Positions 10,790 to 22,953 of a DNA stretch of 52,933 nt are shown one piece after another; the stretch's first letter is position 1, and each line of letters opens with the position of its first letter. A program made the position numbers and the translations under genes. Under the pieces are notes generated by a model that was given only the letters and a program-made list of their open reading frames with translations, searched no databases and was not told the origin of the DNA. This DNA is from Nemertoderma westbladi (lineage: Eukaryota > Animalia > Xenacoelomorpha): NCBI GenBank assembly GCA_032718475.1, contig JAUCBJ010002890.1:1-52933 (forward strand). Reading direction: 5' to 3'.

Positions 10790-12127
10790 TTAAATGGGTT
10801 TAGCATTGTCACCAATGTCTGCAGCAGGATCCGGAGTAGGGAACTTATCACTTCTCGTGGAGTCACCACTGTCATTGCCTTCGAGAAGGCACAGCCTCTG
10901 GATAGGGCGTTGGTAGTGGCCCTTTGCCGTTCGTATTGTCACAGTTCTCGCAAGTCCGTCTTTACTCGGGGTTATTGCCACGACTCGCGCCACAGGCCAG
11001 TGGACGCGGTCTTTAAGGTCTTCCTTAACCAACACCATGTCGCCAATGGCGACATTCCTGTAGGTGTTGTTCCACTTCCTCCTGGTCCAGAGGGTTATGA
11101 GGTACTCTTGGGCCCAGATTCTCCACCAATGCGCTGCCAGCACTTGGGCCTTCTTCCAATTGGTATGTCTCGTGATATCGTTGGGGTCTGGGAACATCGC
11201 CTCTGGAAGAATTTTGGTTTTGGGTCTTCCGAGTAGATGGTTAGGTGTAAGAGGCTCTAGATCTGTGGGGTCGTCGTGGATAGGTACGATGGGCCGGTTG
11301 TTTAGGGTAGCCGTGATCTCGCAGAATGTTGTGCGAAGGGTGTCATGGGTTACCCGGGTATCCCCTAATGCAACGCGCATGGATCGTTTCATCAAGTCGA
11401 TGAGCTTCTCCCATACCCTGCTCGTATGGGGTGCCAAGGGTGTTTGGAAGTGCCATTGTATATGGTGTTCCCTCCAAACTTGGGAAGCGGTGTCTTCGGT
11501 GAACCATCCCTCGATCGCCTCTCTAAGTTCCCTTTCTCCTCCCACGAAGTTTGTACCATTATCGGAGTACATATGACGACATGTTCCATTGTTTGCCACG
11601 AACCGACGCAGGGCGTTGATAAATGCGTGTTGCGTAAGGGTTACTACGAGGTCTAGGTAGATCGCCCTAGACCTAAGGCATGTAAAGATGGCTCCCCAGC
11701 ATTTTATGTTGGATCGTCGCTCGATGACTGTGAATGATCCGAAACAGTCTACTCCAGTTACGTAGAATGGTGGGGAATCGGACTGCAGTCGTGTGGCCGG
11801 TAGGTCGGCCATTCTTTGTGTGCGTGGTGGCGCTAGGTATCTTCTGCAAGGAAAACAACGCTTTAATACTTTCCGGATCAGTGGCTGGATGTGGGTAATC
11901 CAATATCTTTGCCGGATGTTAGCCATAATCCAGTTCTGGCCCGTGTGATGGTTTTCTTCATGACACTGTTGGATTAATAGCTTGGCTAGTGTTGACGTTC
12001 CGGGCAGAAGCGCTGGGTATTTGACTTTGTATTCGACCGGGGCATTTGCCATCCGGGTATTCAGTCGAATCAGTCCATCTTCTCCCATCATGGGTCTCAA
12101 TTGGTAGACTGGACTGTCCGGTTTCAA
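10790..12127 (-). CDS. BEL/Pao integrase (HHCC zinc finger, DDE core and BEL-type C-terminal domain), frameshifted from upstream pol
   Basis: CHEENHHTG...CFPC, GVDCFG, SDNGTNFVG, PLAPH..VWE, LNNRP, LTPNHLL, FW-like WWRIWAQEYL, GDMVLVKE..WPVARV...DGLARTV...YQRPIQRLCLL. Confidence 0.93.
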   Translation of the reverse strand: MKPDSPVYQLRPMMGEDGLIRLNTRMANAPVEYKVKYPALLPGTSTLAKLLIQQCHEENHHTGQNWIMANIRQRYWITHIQPLIRKVLKRCFPCRRYLAPPRTQRMADLPATRLQSDSPPFYVTGVDCFGSFTVIERRSNIKCWGAIFTCLRSRAIYLDLVVTLTQHAFINALRRFVANNGTCRHMYSDNGTNFVGGERELREAIEGWFTEDTASQVWREHHIQWHFQTPLAPHTSRVWEKLIDLMKRSMRVALGDTRVTHDTLRTTFCEITATLNNRPIVPIHDDPTDLEPLTPNHLLGRPKTKILPEAMFPDPNDITRHTNWKKAQVLAAHWWRIWAQEYLITLWTRRKWNNTYRNVAIGDMVLVKEDLKDRVHWPVARVVAITPSKDGLARTVTIRTAKGHYQRPIQRLCLLEGNDSGDSTRSDKFPTPDPAADIGDNAKPI

Positions 12128-12495
12128 AGTCTTGCCCGCACTGAGCTGTTCCCACTCATCGGGAAACTTTCTTTCTGGACATATCTAACAATACATTTCT
12201 CCGCAATAATGAGTTCTTGTATACTTCGTCGAACTATCGGTTTGTTATCCTTCTACAGTAGGAAGTTGCGAAGAGTTATGACATGGTGGATGAGACGTCT
12301 CATTGAGGAGGTTCGCTCTATCAATAGTTGTAAAGACGCCGCTGGTTGTGTGATAGTCGCGATATTATAGCGCCTGCCCGAGTCCTTTGCAGGCTCGGTC
12401 AGACAACTATAGATCTCCACTGTGGCGCTTCTATGGACTTTACGGATCTCCTTGTCGTCTTCGGAGTATTTTCCGCTATCTAGTTCGGGATCGAA

Positions 12496-13500
12496 TCAGG
12501 TACTCCAGGTTAATTGTGGCTGCTGTAGGAATTCCGGGCCTGTGAGCCAAAGTTTACTCTTACCGAGCTGTCGTGGGGTGGCGCCTCTGCTCGATAAGTC
12601 CGCTGGGTTTTCTTTCCCGTTTACATGGTGCCACTGTTCTCGGCCAGTACACTGTTTTATCTCCATGGCTCGGTTCGCTACAAACGTGGTATGACGCCAT
12701 GATGGTGAGTGGAGGTAGTAGAGTACAATACTCGAATCGACCCAGAAATGCTGCGATTCGATGGGGATTCTTAAGTTCCGCATGATCATGCGGTTCTGCC
12801 TCACTGCCCAAACTGCGGCCTGTAGCTCGAGTCTCAGTATCGTTGCTACGAATTCCCCGGATACCGTCTTAGCCTTAGAGAATAAGAAGCTCGTATCGCC
12901 GTTTCCATCCTGACTTAGTCTTCTTAGGAAGGTAACTACGCCGATTCCAGTATTCGATGCATCCGAGAAAGTATGGAGCTGGAATATATCGGTGGGTAGT
13001 TTATCGAGAAAGAACGGTCGAGGGATCCGCATAAGATGTAGATGTTCGAGTTGTTCCGTCCACTTTCTCCATTTGGCACTGAGGTGTGGGGGGAGTTCCT
13101 CATCCCATCCCAGTCCTGTTATCCACATCTCTTTGATCAGATTCATTCCAGCCAATATTACTGGGGATATGAAGTTTAGTGGATCAAATATTGCACTCTT
13201 TATAGACAAACATCCCCTTTTTGTCATGGGCTTGGGTAGGGGGTTATATTTGAAGATGAACTCATCCAATTCTATGTCCCATTCGATACCGAGTACACGG
13301 TGATCCACGCCCTCGGAATACATTTTATTGTCATCCAGTCTGATTTCCTCCGGAAACTTTTCCATAAGTTCCTTATCGTGGGATCTAAACTTTATGAGAG
13401 GGAAGCCTCCTCTCTTTAAACATTCCACCATTCCCATCGCCAGCTGATATGCCTCATTGACATTATCGGCACCGGCGCATCCGTCGCCTACGTAGAAGCA
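12496..13500 (-). pseudogene. RT C-terminus and RNase H region of BEL/Pao pol
   Basis: In frame with 13501-15426 after a TGA. CFYVGDG (YVDD degenerated to YVGD), VLGIEWD, TKRGCLS..IFDPL, LHTFSDAS, TILRLELQAA, FWVDS, FVANR, WHHVNGKENPADLSSRG, LWLTGPEFL. Confidence 0.92.
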
Positions 13501-15426
13501 TCATTGGATGGTCTCTATGACTGCCGGAGGGAACTCGTTTTCGCACATAGCCGCTGTTTTCTTCAGCATGTCACTATATGCCACCGGCGAGTCCTTAGCG
13601 CCGAAGATCCTGACAATCATGCGCATTACGTCCACATCCTTCAAGGTGAGTTGATTTATCTCCTGTGGAGTTAATGTTTTATCTGTCCATAATATGCGTA
13701 GACAATCTGAGTCTCTTGGTAGTGTTCGGACCTGGTGGAACATCGCTTTGATGTCGCATGTGAAAGCTATTCGGTTTTCCCTGAACCTGATCAACATGCC
13801 GATGAGTGTACTGTATATGTTGGGCCCTGTATAGAGTTGACTGTTCAGGGATTCTCCCTGATACGTAGCCGCAGCATCGTTTACTACCCGGATTTTAACA
13901 CCCTTCCGGGCTTCTACCACATAGTGGGTTGGGAGATAATACGTCCATCTACCCCCTTGCAGTTCATTCTGGGGTACCATTTCTGCCAATCCATCTTCTA
14001 GATATCCTTTAATTACATTATTGTATTTCTCCTTTATCTTGGGTAGGTCGTTTAACCGGCATAGGATTCCTTTGAGCCGCATAAGGGCCATGCTGGTAAT
14101 ATTCGCCATTGGTCTATCTGGATCTTTCCACAGCATGGGCGAACACCAATGTCCGTCTTTGAACGTTGCCTGATCAAGGATGTCGATACAATATTGGTCT
14201 TTCTCGGACGGGTTCTCGTCCTTCTCAGCAAACTCTTGGGTCTCTAGGTTGAAGTACTTGGTCATCTCCTGCTGGGTTTTTTCGGTTTCTAGGAATAAAT
14301 CCTCGTCCAGGTCGGTGGCTGAACAGTAACCCACGGATGTTGCATTCTCTTTAATCTGGCATTTAGGGAGATATGTATAGGTGTCGGCAGTCTCCTCTTT
14401 GATGCCGCAGAGTGTCCATCCCATGATGGTGCGTTCTGCATAAAAGCCATCGTCCGGCTTTACGGATCGGGCTACGTCTCCGGTTGGTATATGTAACTCC
14501 GGTGTATCAAGTCCGATTAGTAGGGTAATTCGGTTCACGTCCAACGGCGGGCATTGTAGATCTACATCTTCCCGGTCTAGCTGTATGAGGGGTGCGTATT
14601 CAGATGATTGTCGGAACCACACTCGGAGATCGGTGTGTACTAGAGCGTTCTTGATCGTCAGTTTGACTGTCTCGTAACCCTTCATAACCCCTTCTATCTT
14701 GAGTTGTACCTCCCCGGACTCTACTTCTCTATGGTTGGTGATAGTTTGTATGGGCCGCTTGCAAGGTTCGTAATCTAGGCCTAGTTGTTCGAGGAAATCC
14801 TGGTCGATGATGGTTCCGTCCGAACCGTTGTCAAGGAATGCGAGCATTGTTAAGGATTTCCCGACCCATTGAATTCTTACTGGGATCACTTTGGCGAAGA
14901 CCATGTAATGGCGGTTTATAAGATTGATCGTAGCCGAGATATTTGTCACATGTGATACATCGGTGGCGGTCTTAAACGGATTGGTTTCCCTCCGTTGAAT
15001 CGTCCGGGTACCCTTAGAGACGTGATTCGTTTCTCCTCTCCGTTTGGATTCAATCCGGAATGGTAGGGTAGTAAAATCGAAGTTCGCAGGGATGTGGAGG
15101 AGTGTGTGATGGCGTAGGTCATTACAGACCGTGCAGCACGATCTTTGGTCACAATCCTGAACATAGTGACCTGTTCCGAGACACCGGAAGCATCCTCGGT
15201 GTTTCATTATCGCCTCGAAGCATGGAACGAGTTCAGCAAACTGGAACTTTCTGCAGAATTCCACCTTGTGTTTCTCTCTGAAGAAGAGACATAGAAGGGA
15301 GGTTGTGGTGCCTTCCCTTTCGGGTGCCCAATTCGCTAGATAACACGCCCATTCCTCGGCTGATGTCGGTTCCTCGTAGTCCTCATCGTCGGAATCCTTG
15401 GCCATAGTGATGGCCATCGTACTCAC
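13501..15426 (-). pseudogene. Gag zinc knuckles, aspartic protease and RT N-terminal part of the BEL/Pao polyprotein
   Basis: CFRCLGTGHYVQDC, CTVCNDLRHHTLLH, AFLDNGSDGTII, RTIMGWTLCG, YYLPTHYV, KIRVVNDAA, SLNSQLYTGP, DIKAMFHQV, FGAKDSP. Confidence 0.93.
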
Positions 15427-16150
15427 CGCAGGGGGACGGAATCTCGGTTTCGGAGTGGGTGCCTGCTCCTAGAGTTGTTCTTTACTCCGTCTAATTTGGA
15501 GAGACTTTGTTTGGAGAACATCGAGTCATTCATGGCTTTGGAGATATCATCTAGGAATGCCGACATTTCGAGGAAACTGGGATCCCGATCTGGGTGTCTG
15601 CGTCGTAGATCTACGCATTTATACGCCCATTTGCTTTGCAGCCATCCGGGGAACTTTCGGGCAATCTGTCGGAGGTTTAAAATGTTGTTTACTTGTTCCT
15701 CCTTGTTTAATGGTTTTAAAGTGTAGTAGGCATCTTTCATAGAATCCGAGAACTCTTGGATATTCTGTGGATCCCCTAGGGATCCAGCGTCCTGTATCAG
15801 ATTCTCGAGCGTCTTATTAATTATAGTTCCGATGTTTCCGTACCTTTTATCTAGAGTTTTCCATGCGTCGTGGTACGCTTCGTGAGATCCTCCTTCAAAC
15901 ATTTAATGATTCGACGTGGTTTGTCGCCTAGGTATTGGGATAAATATACCAGCAGTTTTTGTGCGTCGGTTATATCCGTTGACCCGATCTGAGCGAAGAA
16001 CCGTTTCTTAAATCCGAGGTAATCGACGGGGTCTCCCTCGAAGGTGCGGATCTCCATCTTGGGCATAGCCAGGCGGTTTTCCAAGGCTCGGATGATGCCG
16101 ACGTCGTCTGAACTGGAATGACTAGGAGGATTGTAATTACTAACACTCTC
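15423..16150 (-). pseudogene. BEL/Pao gag (DUF1759-like region), frameshifted and 5'-truncated
   Basis: MPKMEIRTFEGDPVDYLGFKKRF, QKLLVYLSQYLGD, AYHDAWKTLDKRYG, KFPGWLQSKW, PSFLEMSAFL. Confidence 0.88.
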
Positions 16151-16970
16151 ATTTGTGTGCGTCTTTCTGGCTCCTGCTAATGCAGTACAACTTTCGACAA
16201 TGTGTTTCTCGGATTGTGGGCAACCGCAACCAGAAATGCGAGACTTGTAATCACTGCGGGACCAACGTCCAATCTTCACCGGCAGCCGGGTAGATGATAG
16301 ACGAAAGCGGGTCCAGGAAAGTCTGTGTAACTCATTAGAGGTGTTATTTGTCCAGTAAGTCATAGGGGTTGTCAGGCGCGCGTTTACAGACTTGTACAGT
16401 ACTAGTCTAGTCCTGGTACTAGCCATGATACGGGCCTTTGTGGCAGAGCAGCTTGACACTAGTGGAGATTCGGGCAAAGACAGGAGCTCGTCAATTTTTC
16501 TGGCCATTGGAGTGCAGGCTTCCCTACCGAGGTCGAGTACAAACATGAGAGGAACGTGCCGATCACGGCTTGTCGAAATGGTTACAAGGAAACTGCGTTG
16601 TCGATCCCTTATAAATGTGTCAGCGTCTGCAAACCCAGACTCAATGTGTAAAATTTCTCTACACGTCTGTCGTCTTACACCAAGTGCTGCGCAGAGCAGT
16701 ATTATCATACATTGTGGTCAACTTAATAGGTGAACTCCCAATCCAAGTTTCACAGCCGTAAAATACTGCTGAAATTAGTGCTGCACGAAAAATATATAAT
16801 TTCAACCACACTGGCATTAATTAAGGCGTGCTTAGATAATAAACCAAAATACTTTGGGCAATGATTATGTTTATCCTGCTGCTGCAGAATAAACACAGAG
16901 CTAAGTTTACCATTCTGAGTTATGGGAGAACCTAGATGTGTATATGAGTCGCAGTGACTTATTGAAATAG
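16150..16970 (-). pseudogene. Fragment of non-LTR retrotransposon (LINE) ORF2, RT thumb to C-terminal Cys/His region
   Basis: Hand translation gives SYTHLGSPITQNG, LKLYIFRAALISAVFYGCETW, LGVRRQT....IESG and TRFRLSSTRLPVKIGRW...GCGCPQSEKHIVESC, typical LINE ORF2 3' motifs with frameshifts. Confidence 0.8.
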
Positions 16971-17096
16971 TAGGGATATACCAAATACCCGAAATAGTTA
17001 TATCCGATTTCCGTCTGAGAAATATTTCCCAATTACCATAAATTTAGTTTTCTTTACGTGTAGTTCCATGTACACTGCTGTAGGCCTATATTTAAG

Positions 17097-18710
17097 AGGT
17101 AGAATAAAACGTCTGTCCTTATCTGATCTGATCTGATCTGATCTGACAGCATCTGATCCTATAACCAATCAGGAGAAAGAGATATAATATTTACCTAACT
17201 GTCTGTTAGGTAAATAGCCAATAGCTGAATAGTGGATCACGTTTCACGTTGCCTGTTTATGTATCAGTATCATCATATGACGTACCAGGTAGCAGTACAG
17301 GCATACCGGTATGCATCATGCATCTAATGCACAAAGGCATATTATTATATATTAAAAATGCGATATAGGATGAAGGATGGCGGGTATGAAAGTTCTGTGA
17401 TTGTCCCAGCAAAGATGGATAGTTTCAGATGTAAACAACTTTCGCATATTTAGTTGGTGTTGAAACATTAAACATTTATTAAAATCAATACAGCCTTTGC
17501 TGCAATATTTTCGTAAATCTTTCTTGTTAATAGTTATCATTATTAATAGTTAAAGTTAATTATATTAATTATAATTAATATTATTAATTAAGTAATGATA
17601 CTCATTAATAAAATAGATACGCCCCCAATCGGGGCAAAATCGAGAAATACCTGCACAGAAATTGACATTAAACGGCACGGAATATTAGTAGGAACAATAA
17701 TTATTAATATTATTAATATGTATTATTATTAATAATATTAATAGTTAAAGTTAATTATATTAATTATAATTAATATTATTAATTAAGAATGATACTTATT
17801 AATACATTACATTTAAAATATTTATTGTTTGTTTGTTACGCTAAACAGCTAAAGGGAAGGCAGGAAGGGGTATCTCTCTAGGCCTACTGTGTAGTGTGTA
17901 TATGACGAAACACTTAACATGCCCCATATTGCCAGCTGATACAGTGGAGTTTATACTCAGACGATGAAGGAATATGGGAAGGTGGATGGGAATGTGGGAA
18001 TTAATAAACGCTGTTGTTACCTTCCAATTGAAGGAAAAGAGCAGGTTACAGCGGCTGTAATTTCTAACCAAAACAATAAACGAATGTTACCACGGCGGCT
18101 TGTTTACACCCACCTTCTTACTAACCGTCCGACTGACTGATCAATAGACTGATAGATCATCTGATCATCCCCTCAAAAAATAAAGGACATCGCGCACGCG
18201 CAGTACACTTAATAAAGATAAATTTAATAAAAAATAGCGACCAATAAAAAAAATTTGGCACCAGCCGCTAACAGCTAAAAACAAATTTAAGATTTCTAGC
18301 TTATTTTATTTGAATTCCTTTTAGTTCGTTTCAGTTAGTCTTTTAGTTAGTATCGTTAGTTTCAGAGCGGGAGGTGTTATATTGACCCCCCCCCCCCCCC
18401 CCCCCCGGGTTTAAGGGGAATACCGGGGAAACTTCACACGCTGGTCGACATAGGCAGAAAGTCCAGTACTCATTTAGCTACCATTTAAGGATACAAGGCA
18501 GAGATGCCTCGCTAAACCCTTCAAAACATACGTGCCGAAACGAAAACTACCTTGGCCCCCACGCCGGGGTTGAACCCACAACCTCCGAGATATGTGAATT
18601 CAATATAACCACTACACCAAGGTGCGCTCTGAACCAAGTTGGAACAAGTGTCAGATACCGTCAGATCAGATCAGATCAGATCAGATAAGGACAGACGTTT
18701 TAGCCTTCCT
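17097..18710. mobile_element. Non-autonomous TIR-bounded element, copy 1; termini contain (TCTGA)n
   Basis: Left AGGTAGAATAAAACGTCTGTCCTTA(TCTGA)n and right (TCAGA)nTAAGGACAGACGTTTTAGCCTTCCT are inverted repeats. Internal blocks match copy 2. Confidence 0.7.
18462..18625 (-). mobile_element. tRNA-derived SINE (head and body)
   Basis: Minus strand has A-box TGGTGTAGTGG and B-box GGTTCAACCCC. Second diverged copy at 48903-49046. Confidence 0.7.
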
Positions 18711-20076
18711 ATACATTTAATGTGTCATCTTGTGCCGAGGTAGAATAAAACGTCTGTCCTTATCTGATCTGATCTGATCTGACGGCATCTGATCCTATAA
18801 CCAATCCTGAGAAAGAGATAGATAACATTTGCCTAACTGTCTGTTAGGTAAAGAGGTAATAGGGGATCAGGTTGCCCTGTTACTTATCACAGTATCATCA
18901 TATGACATAGCACATAGCAGTACAGGCATACCGCTAGGCCTATGCATGCAGCCAATGCAGCAAGACATGTTATTATATATTAAAAATGCGATATAGGATG
19001 AAGGATGGCGGGTATTGTGTAGTATTGTTTGCGGGTGTGTGATTGGCTGATTGCCCCAACAAAGATGGATAGTTTCAGATGTAAACAACTTTCGTAGATT
19101 TAGTTGGTGTTGAAAAATTAATCATTATTAAAAAGTAAAAACAATACAGCCTTTGATGGAATATTTTATAAATCTTTATTGTTAATAGTTAAAGATAATT
19201 ATATCAATTATAATGAATATTATAAAATTGTTATTAACCAATTAATCGGGTTTTTCCGATATTAGTACTTATTAAAAATAACTAGATTAACATAGAGTTC
19301 TATTGCTAAGTTATTCTTTCCCGGGGAATAATAACTGCTGAGTAATCATTCTGTATCATTGTCAGATCAGTACATGCAGTAAGCTTACTAGCGGTACTAA
19401 TTTGTTTAGTTTTAATTATAGTAAAATAGACATTCTAGAATATATATTGTTACAATTGCAGTTAAGTATTTAAAAACGTAAATGATGCTAAAAAATATAC
19501 CATCACCTGAATCTCCTTTGCAATATTATTTGTTTGGTTCCAGTCAATTTTGGGGCCCTTAAGTTCAGTAGTGCCGATATTTTTTATGTTAGCTAGTGTT
19601 TTTTTTTTCTAGCTAGTATATCTTGAAAAATAAATAATATTGTTTTTTTAGTGTTTTTTAATATTGGTGAATGTTCTAGAACCTTAGCAGATATTTTCAA
19701 TGGTAGCTAGTAGATTACTAGCTAGTAATTTTTGAAAATAAAAAAATGTAACCTATTACAATAAATATCATTAATATTTTTGGTCATATTTTTTGGTCAG
19801 CAACAACTGCTTAAACCTGAAATACCAATGTTATCACATATTTTTTATAATAATTTAAAACTACTAGCTAGTAAAAAAACATTACAGAGCTACCATAAAA
19901 AATATATATATATACTAATGTTTTAGAAAACAATAACAAAAGACAAAAAAATACAGTATTTTTTAAAGTTCAAATATGGTCACACAGGCTACACTAGTGC
20001 CTACCGTAGATATAATTTAACTTAGTTAAACTCTATAAAATATATATACTACAGTATATAATCTAAGTTGAACTTA

Positions 20077-20387
20077 AACGTTCGTGGGGTCTTCACGCAG
20101 CACGACGTGAGCGAAGCCTTAGCATATAGGGGACCCATTAACGAGTTGTCTGTCGGTAATTTGCCTCGTTGCGTTCGTTCGTTTTCTACCAAAATTCAGA
20201 TTTTTTCTAAACTTTTGCCGGACTATATACAGTACGTACCAAGTTTCGTTTAATTTAATCAAGGAATGACCGAGTTATTAGCGATCAAAAATTTACGACG
20301 ACGACAGACGACGACGACAGGTAACTCGTTAATGACACCCATATATATGCTAAGGCTTCGCTCACTTCGTGGCTCGCCCCGCAAGCG
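20077..20387 (-). mobile_element. Short HINE/MITE-like element with ~50-bp internal inverted repeat and (GAC)n microsatellite
   Basis: Ends match the reverse complements of the 49968-51539 termini. 20107-20155 is an inverted repeat of 20315-20365. Confidence 0.7.
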
Positions 20388-20839
20388 AATTCTTTCTTGA
20401 CAAGATGGTGGCGGTGGCGGGATGGACTGGGTGGGGGTTGATATATGGTGGTGGGATGTTTAGATGTATTAGAGATTCAATTGGATATAATTGGACGATT
20501 TTAAAATTTTGAAGAAGGGGCTAATTGGATGTGTACACCACTTATGTTATCAATACCGGTACTCTTTATTGCCTATTATGCATAGTACTTTAGTTGTCGA
20601 ACTGGACAGGAAATGCGGGACATGAATGTCGGTGATATTCATCACCAATTCAGTTATTTCTCCCCAGGGAATAATAACCGTCTTGAAATAAAATATAATA
20701 CACATAAAGAATTACAAAATTGAAAATATATTATATTTGTACCCCCAAAATATCCAAGCCCCATTTTAATACTTCTGCCCCCAAACTAAAGCCCTTTTAG
20801 AAATGTGGGAAACCTGGTAAAATTGGTTAATAACTCACT

Positions 20840-20971
20840 TATTACCAGGTTATTTAGTTATTTTCCTCATTATTTACCCTCGGGCCAGTTATAAACCCTC
20901 GGCTTCGCCTCGGGTCTATAACATGTCCCTCGGGTAAATAACTCGTAAAATAACTAAATAACCTGGTAATA
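20840..20971. mobile_element. Palindromic (fold-back) MITE
   Basis: Perfect 25-bp inverted termini TATTACCAGGTTATTTAGTTATTTT / AAAATAACTAAATAACCTGGTAATA with central CCTCGGCTTCGCCTCGG. Confidence 0.75.
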
Positions 20972-22884
20972 AATTATGATATTTAGTAGTATATTAGGCT
21001 ACATTTAAAATATTTATTTTATGTTTGTTACGCTAAAGCGCTAAAGGGAAGGCAGGAAGGGGAATTCTGTACTGCCGAATATCTGAATATGGCGAAACAT
21101 TTAACATGCCCCATATTGCCCTGATTGCCAGCTGATACTGCGAAGTTTACAGGTTTATACTTATACCCAGACGATGAAGGAAGATGGGAAGGTGGATGGG
21201 AATGTGGGAAGATAGGGCAGCCAGGCAGTTGGAATGTGGAAAGGTTGATTGGAATGTGGGAATCAATAAACGCTGTTGTTACCTTCCAATTGAAGGAAAA
21301 GAGCAGGAACAGCGGCGGAAATTTCTAACCAAAACAATATAACATGTTTGTTACTTATAAATGAAAGGGAAAGGAGCAGGTTACAGGGTCGGGCTTTTCT
21401 AACCAAAACAATAAACTTTGCTAATAACTTACCAATTGAGGGTAAGGAGCAGGTTACCGATGCTGTTTTTCAAAACAATAAACAACCATCCGACCACCTC
21501 ACCACATTCCCATACACCCACCTTCTCATCTTCCCAAATGCCCATCCAACCACCTTCCCATAAGCTCATCCCCACCTTATTCCCACATCCCCACCGGCCA
21601 CCATCCACTTGTTACTAACCGTCGCGTCCGACTGACTGATCAACAGATCATCCCCTCAAAAAATAAAGGAAATCTCGAAAATACGAATAATTCCCTAATG
21701 ATAGTGAATGGGCCAAATTCATTTCTGATGTGTTTATTATTCGCTGGGCAATGGAATCCTGTGAAACTTCACATGGCCGCATTTACCTAACACTGATCAG
21801 CTGAATCCAAATACTGTACGTCCGTTATTTTATCCTGAGTCACAGTTTTGGTTTTATTGGCGTTATAAAACTCGAAACATACTGTACTCGTTTTGTCTGT
21901 TCGTACCTTTCTGCCTTGTTCATATACTGTAAGTATAAACTAATAGTATAGGGATAGGGCCTAAACCACAAGACTAAGGCTGTAAGGTGGAAAAAGTGTC
22001 AGATACCCTCAGATCAGATCAGATACGGACAGACGTTTTAGCCATCCTACAAAGACCAGTGCACTACCGTAACTGTTGTATTACCGGTATACTGGTATAG
22101 GCCTAGTACAGTAGTAGGCCTAGTCCTTGCCAGTTGCCATAACTGACTGACTACAGGACTAACTGCAAACTGACTCATGTCTGATGGATGAGTGATAGTC
22201 AGATACCGTTAGGATTTCAGTTCTTTCATATTGTAACTGGGATTGGAATATCGGTATACCTACAGACCTAGGAATATAATTCTGAAATTGCTGAATTGTG
22301 TCGGGCATTCCACATTCGGTTAACAAACAGGGTAGCGGGAACACTGGCAGACTGGGATGTCATTATGTCAGGTTAGTTTTTTTTTTAACTTTTACCGACC
22401 TTACGCTTACACTCGATAGGGCCTAGCTGCCTAGACCCTAAATAAAATGTCACGAGAATCTGAGAATAGGCCTACCGGCTGACCGGGTGGCCTAGTGAAA
22501 AAGTTCTACTTTTTCCCATGCAATAAACAGATAAATAGGAATAGTAATGTGGGCCAGCCCTTTTTCTGAATGACTGACTAGGCCTGGCTGGCTGTCTGGC
22601 CTACTCAACCAACTGCTTCAAAAAAAACGAACAATTGGTTTAGATCGGAATTTGTGGGCTAACACCTAAATTCATGACGTACCGGTATCTTGCTTAGCCT
22701 ATTGCTGCTCAGAGTTTAAAAACCAATAGGCCTAACTGAAGTTCAATGGCAGTGAATTTAGTAATTATTAATTACATGTAAAATTACATGTAAACCAGTA
22801 AAATTCATGGTTTTCAAGTTTAAATTTTACATTACTTATTGATTTCTAATTTTTAATTTTCACCTCCTTTACATGTTATTGGAG

Positions 22885-22953
22885 TTGGAGGCCCCAAAAA
22901 GTCGGGGGCCCCTAGGCTATAGCCTAGCTAGCCTAGGCCTTAATCCAGCCCTG
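22885..22953. mobile_element. Isolated hAT-like MITE terminus
   Basis: GGGGCCCC and CTAGGCTATAGCCTAG palindromes, ending ...TTAATCCAGCCCTG (reverse complement CAGGGCTGGATTAA). Partner end not found. Confidence 0.4.

Larger units (their letters stand above)
5668..16150 (-). mobile_element. Element 1: decayed BEL/Pao LTR retrotransposon, 5'-truncated, with a long 3' accessory region
   Basis: Minus-strand order is gag, zinc knuckles, protease, RT, RNase H, integrase, spacer, accessory ORF, PPT, LTR. No second LTR found upstream. Confidence 0.9.
18738..22048. mobile_element. Non-autonomous TIR-bounded element, copy 2, expanded by nested insertions
   Basis: Same termini as copy 1. 18738-19210 matches 17097-17560 and 21001-21670 matches 17809-18190. 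Confidence 0.65.

Noticed and set aside
7743-13503. Repeated in-frame TGA codons as selenocysteine or alternative-code readthrough
   Set aside because: The element also has frameshifts and a dead RT motif (YVGD). CGA>TGA decay explains the bias more simply.
18555-18625. tRNA gene
   Set aside because: A and B boxes are present but no clean cloverleaf. It is joined to a non-tRNA body that recurs at 48903-49046, so it is a SINE.
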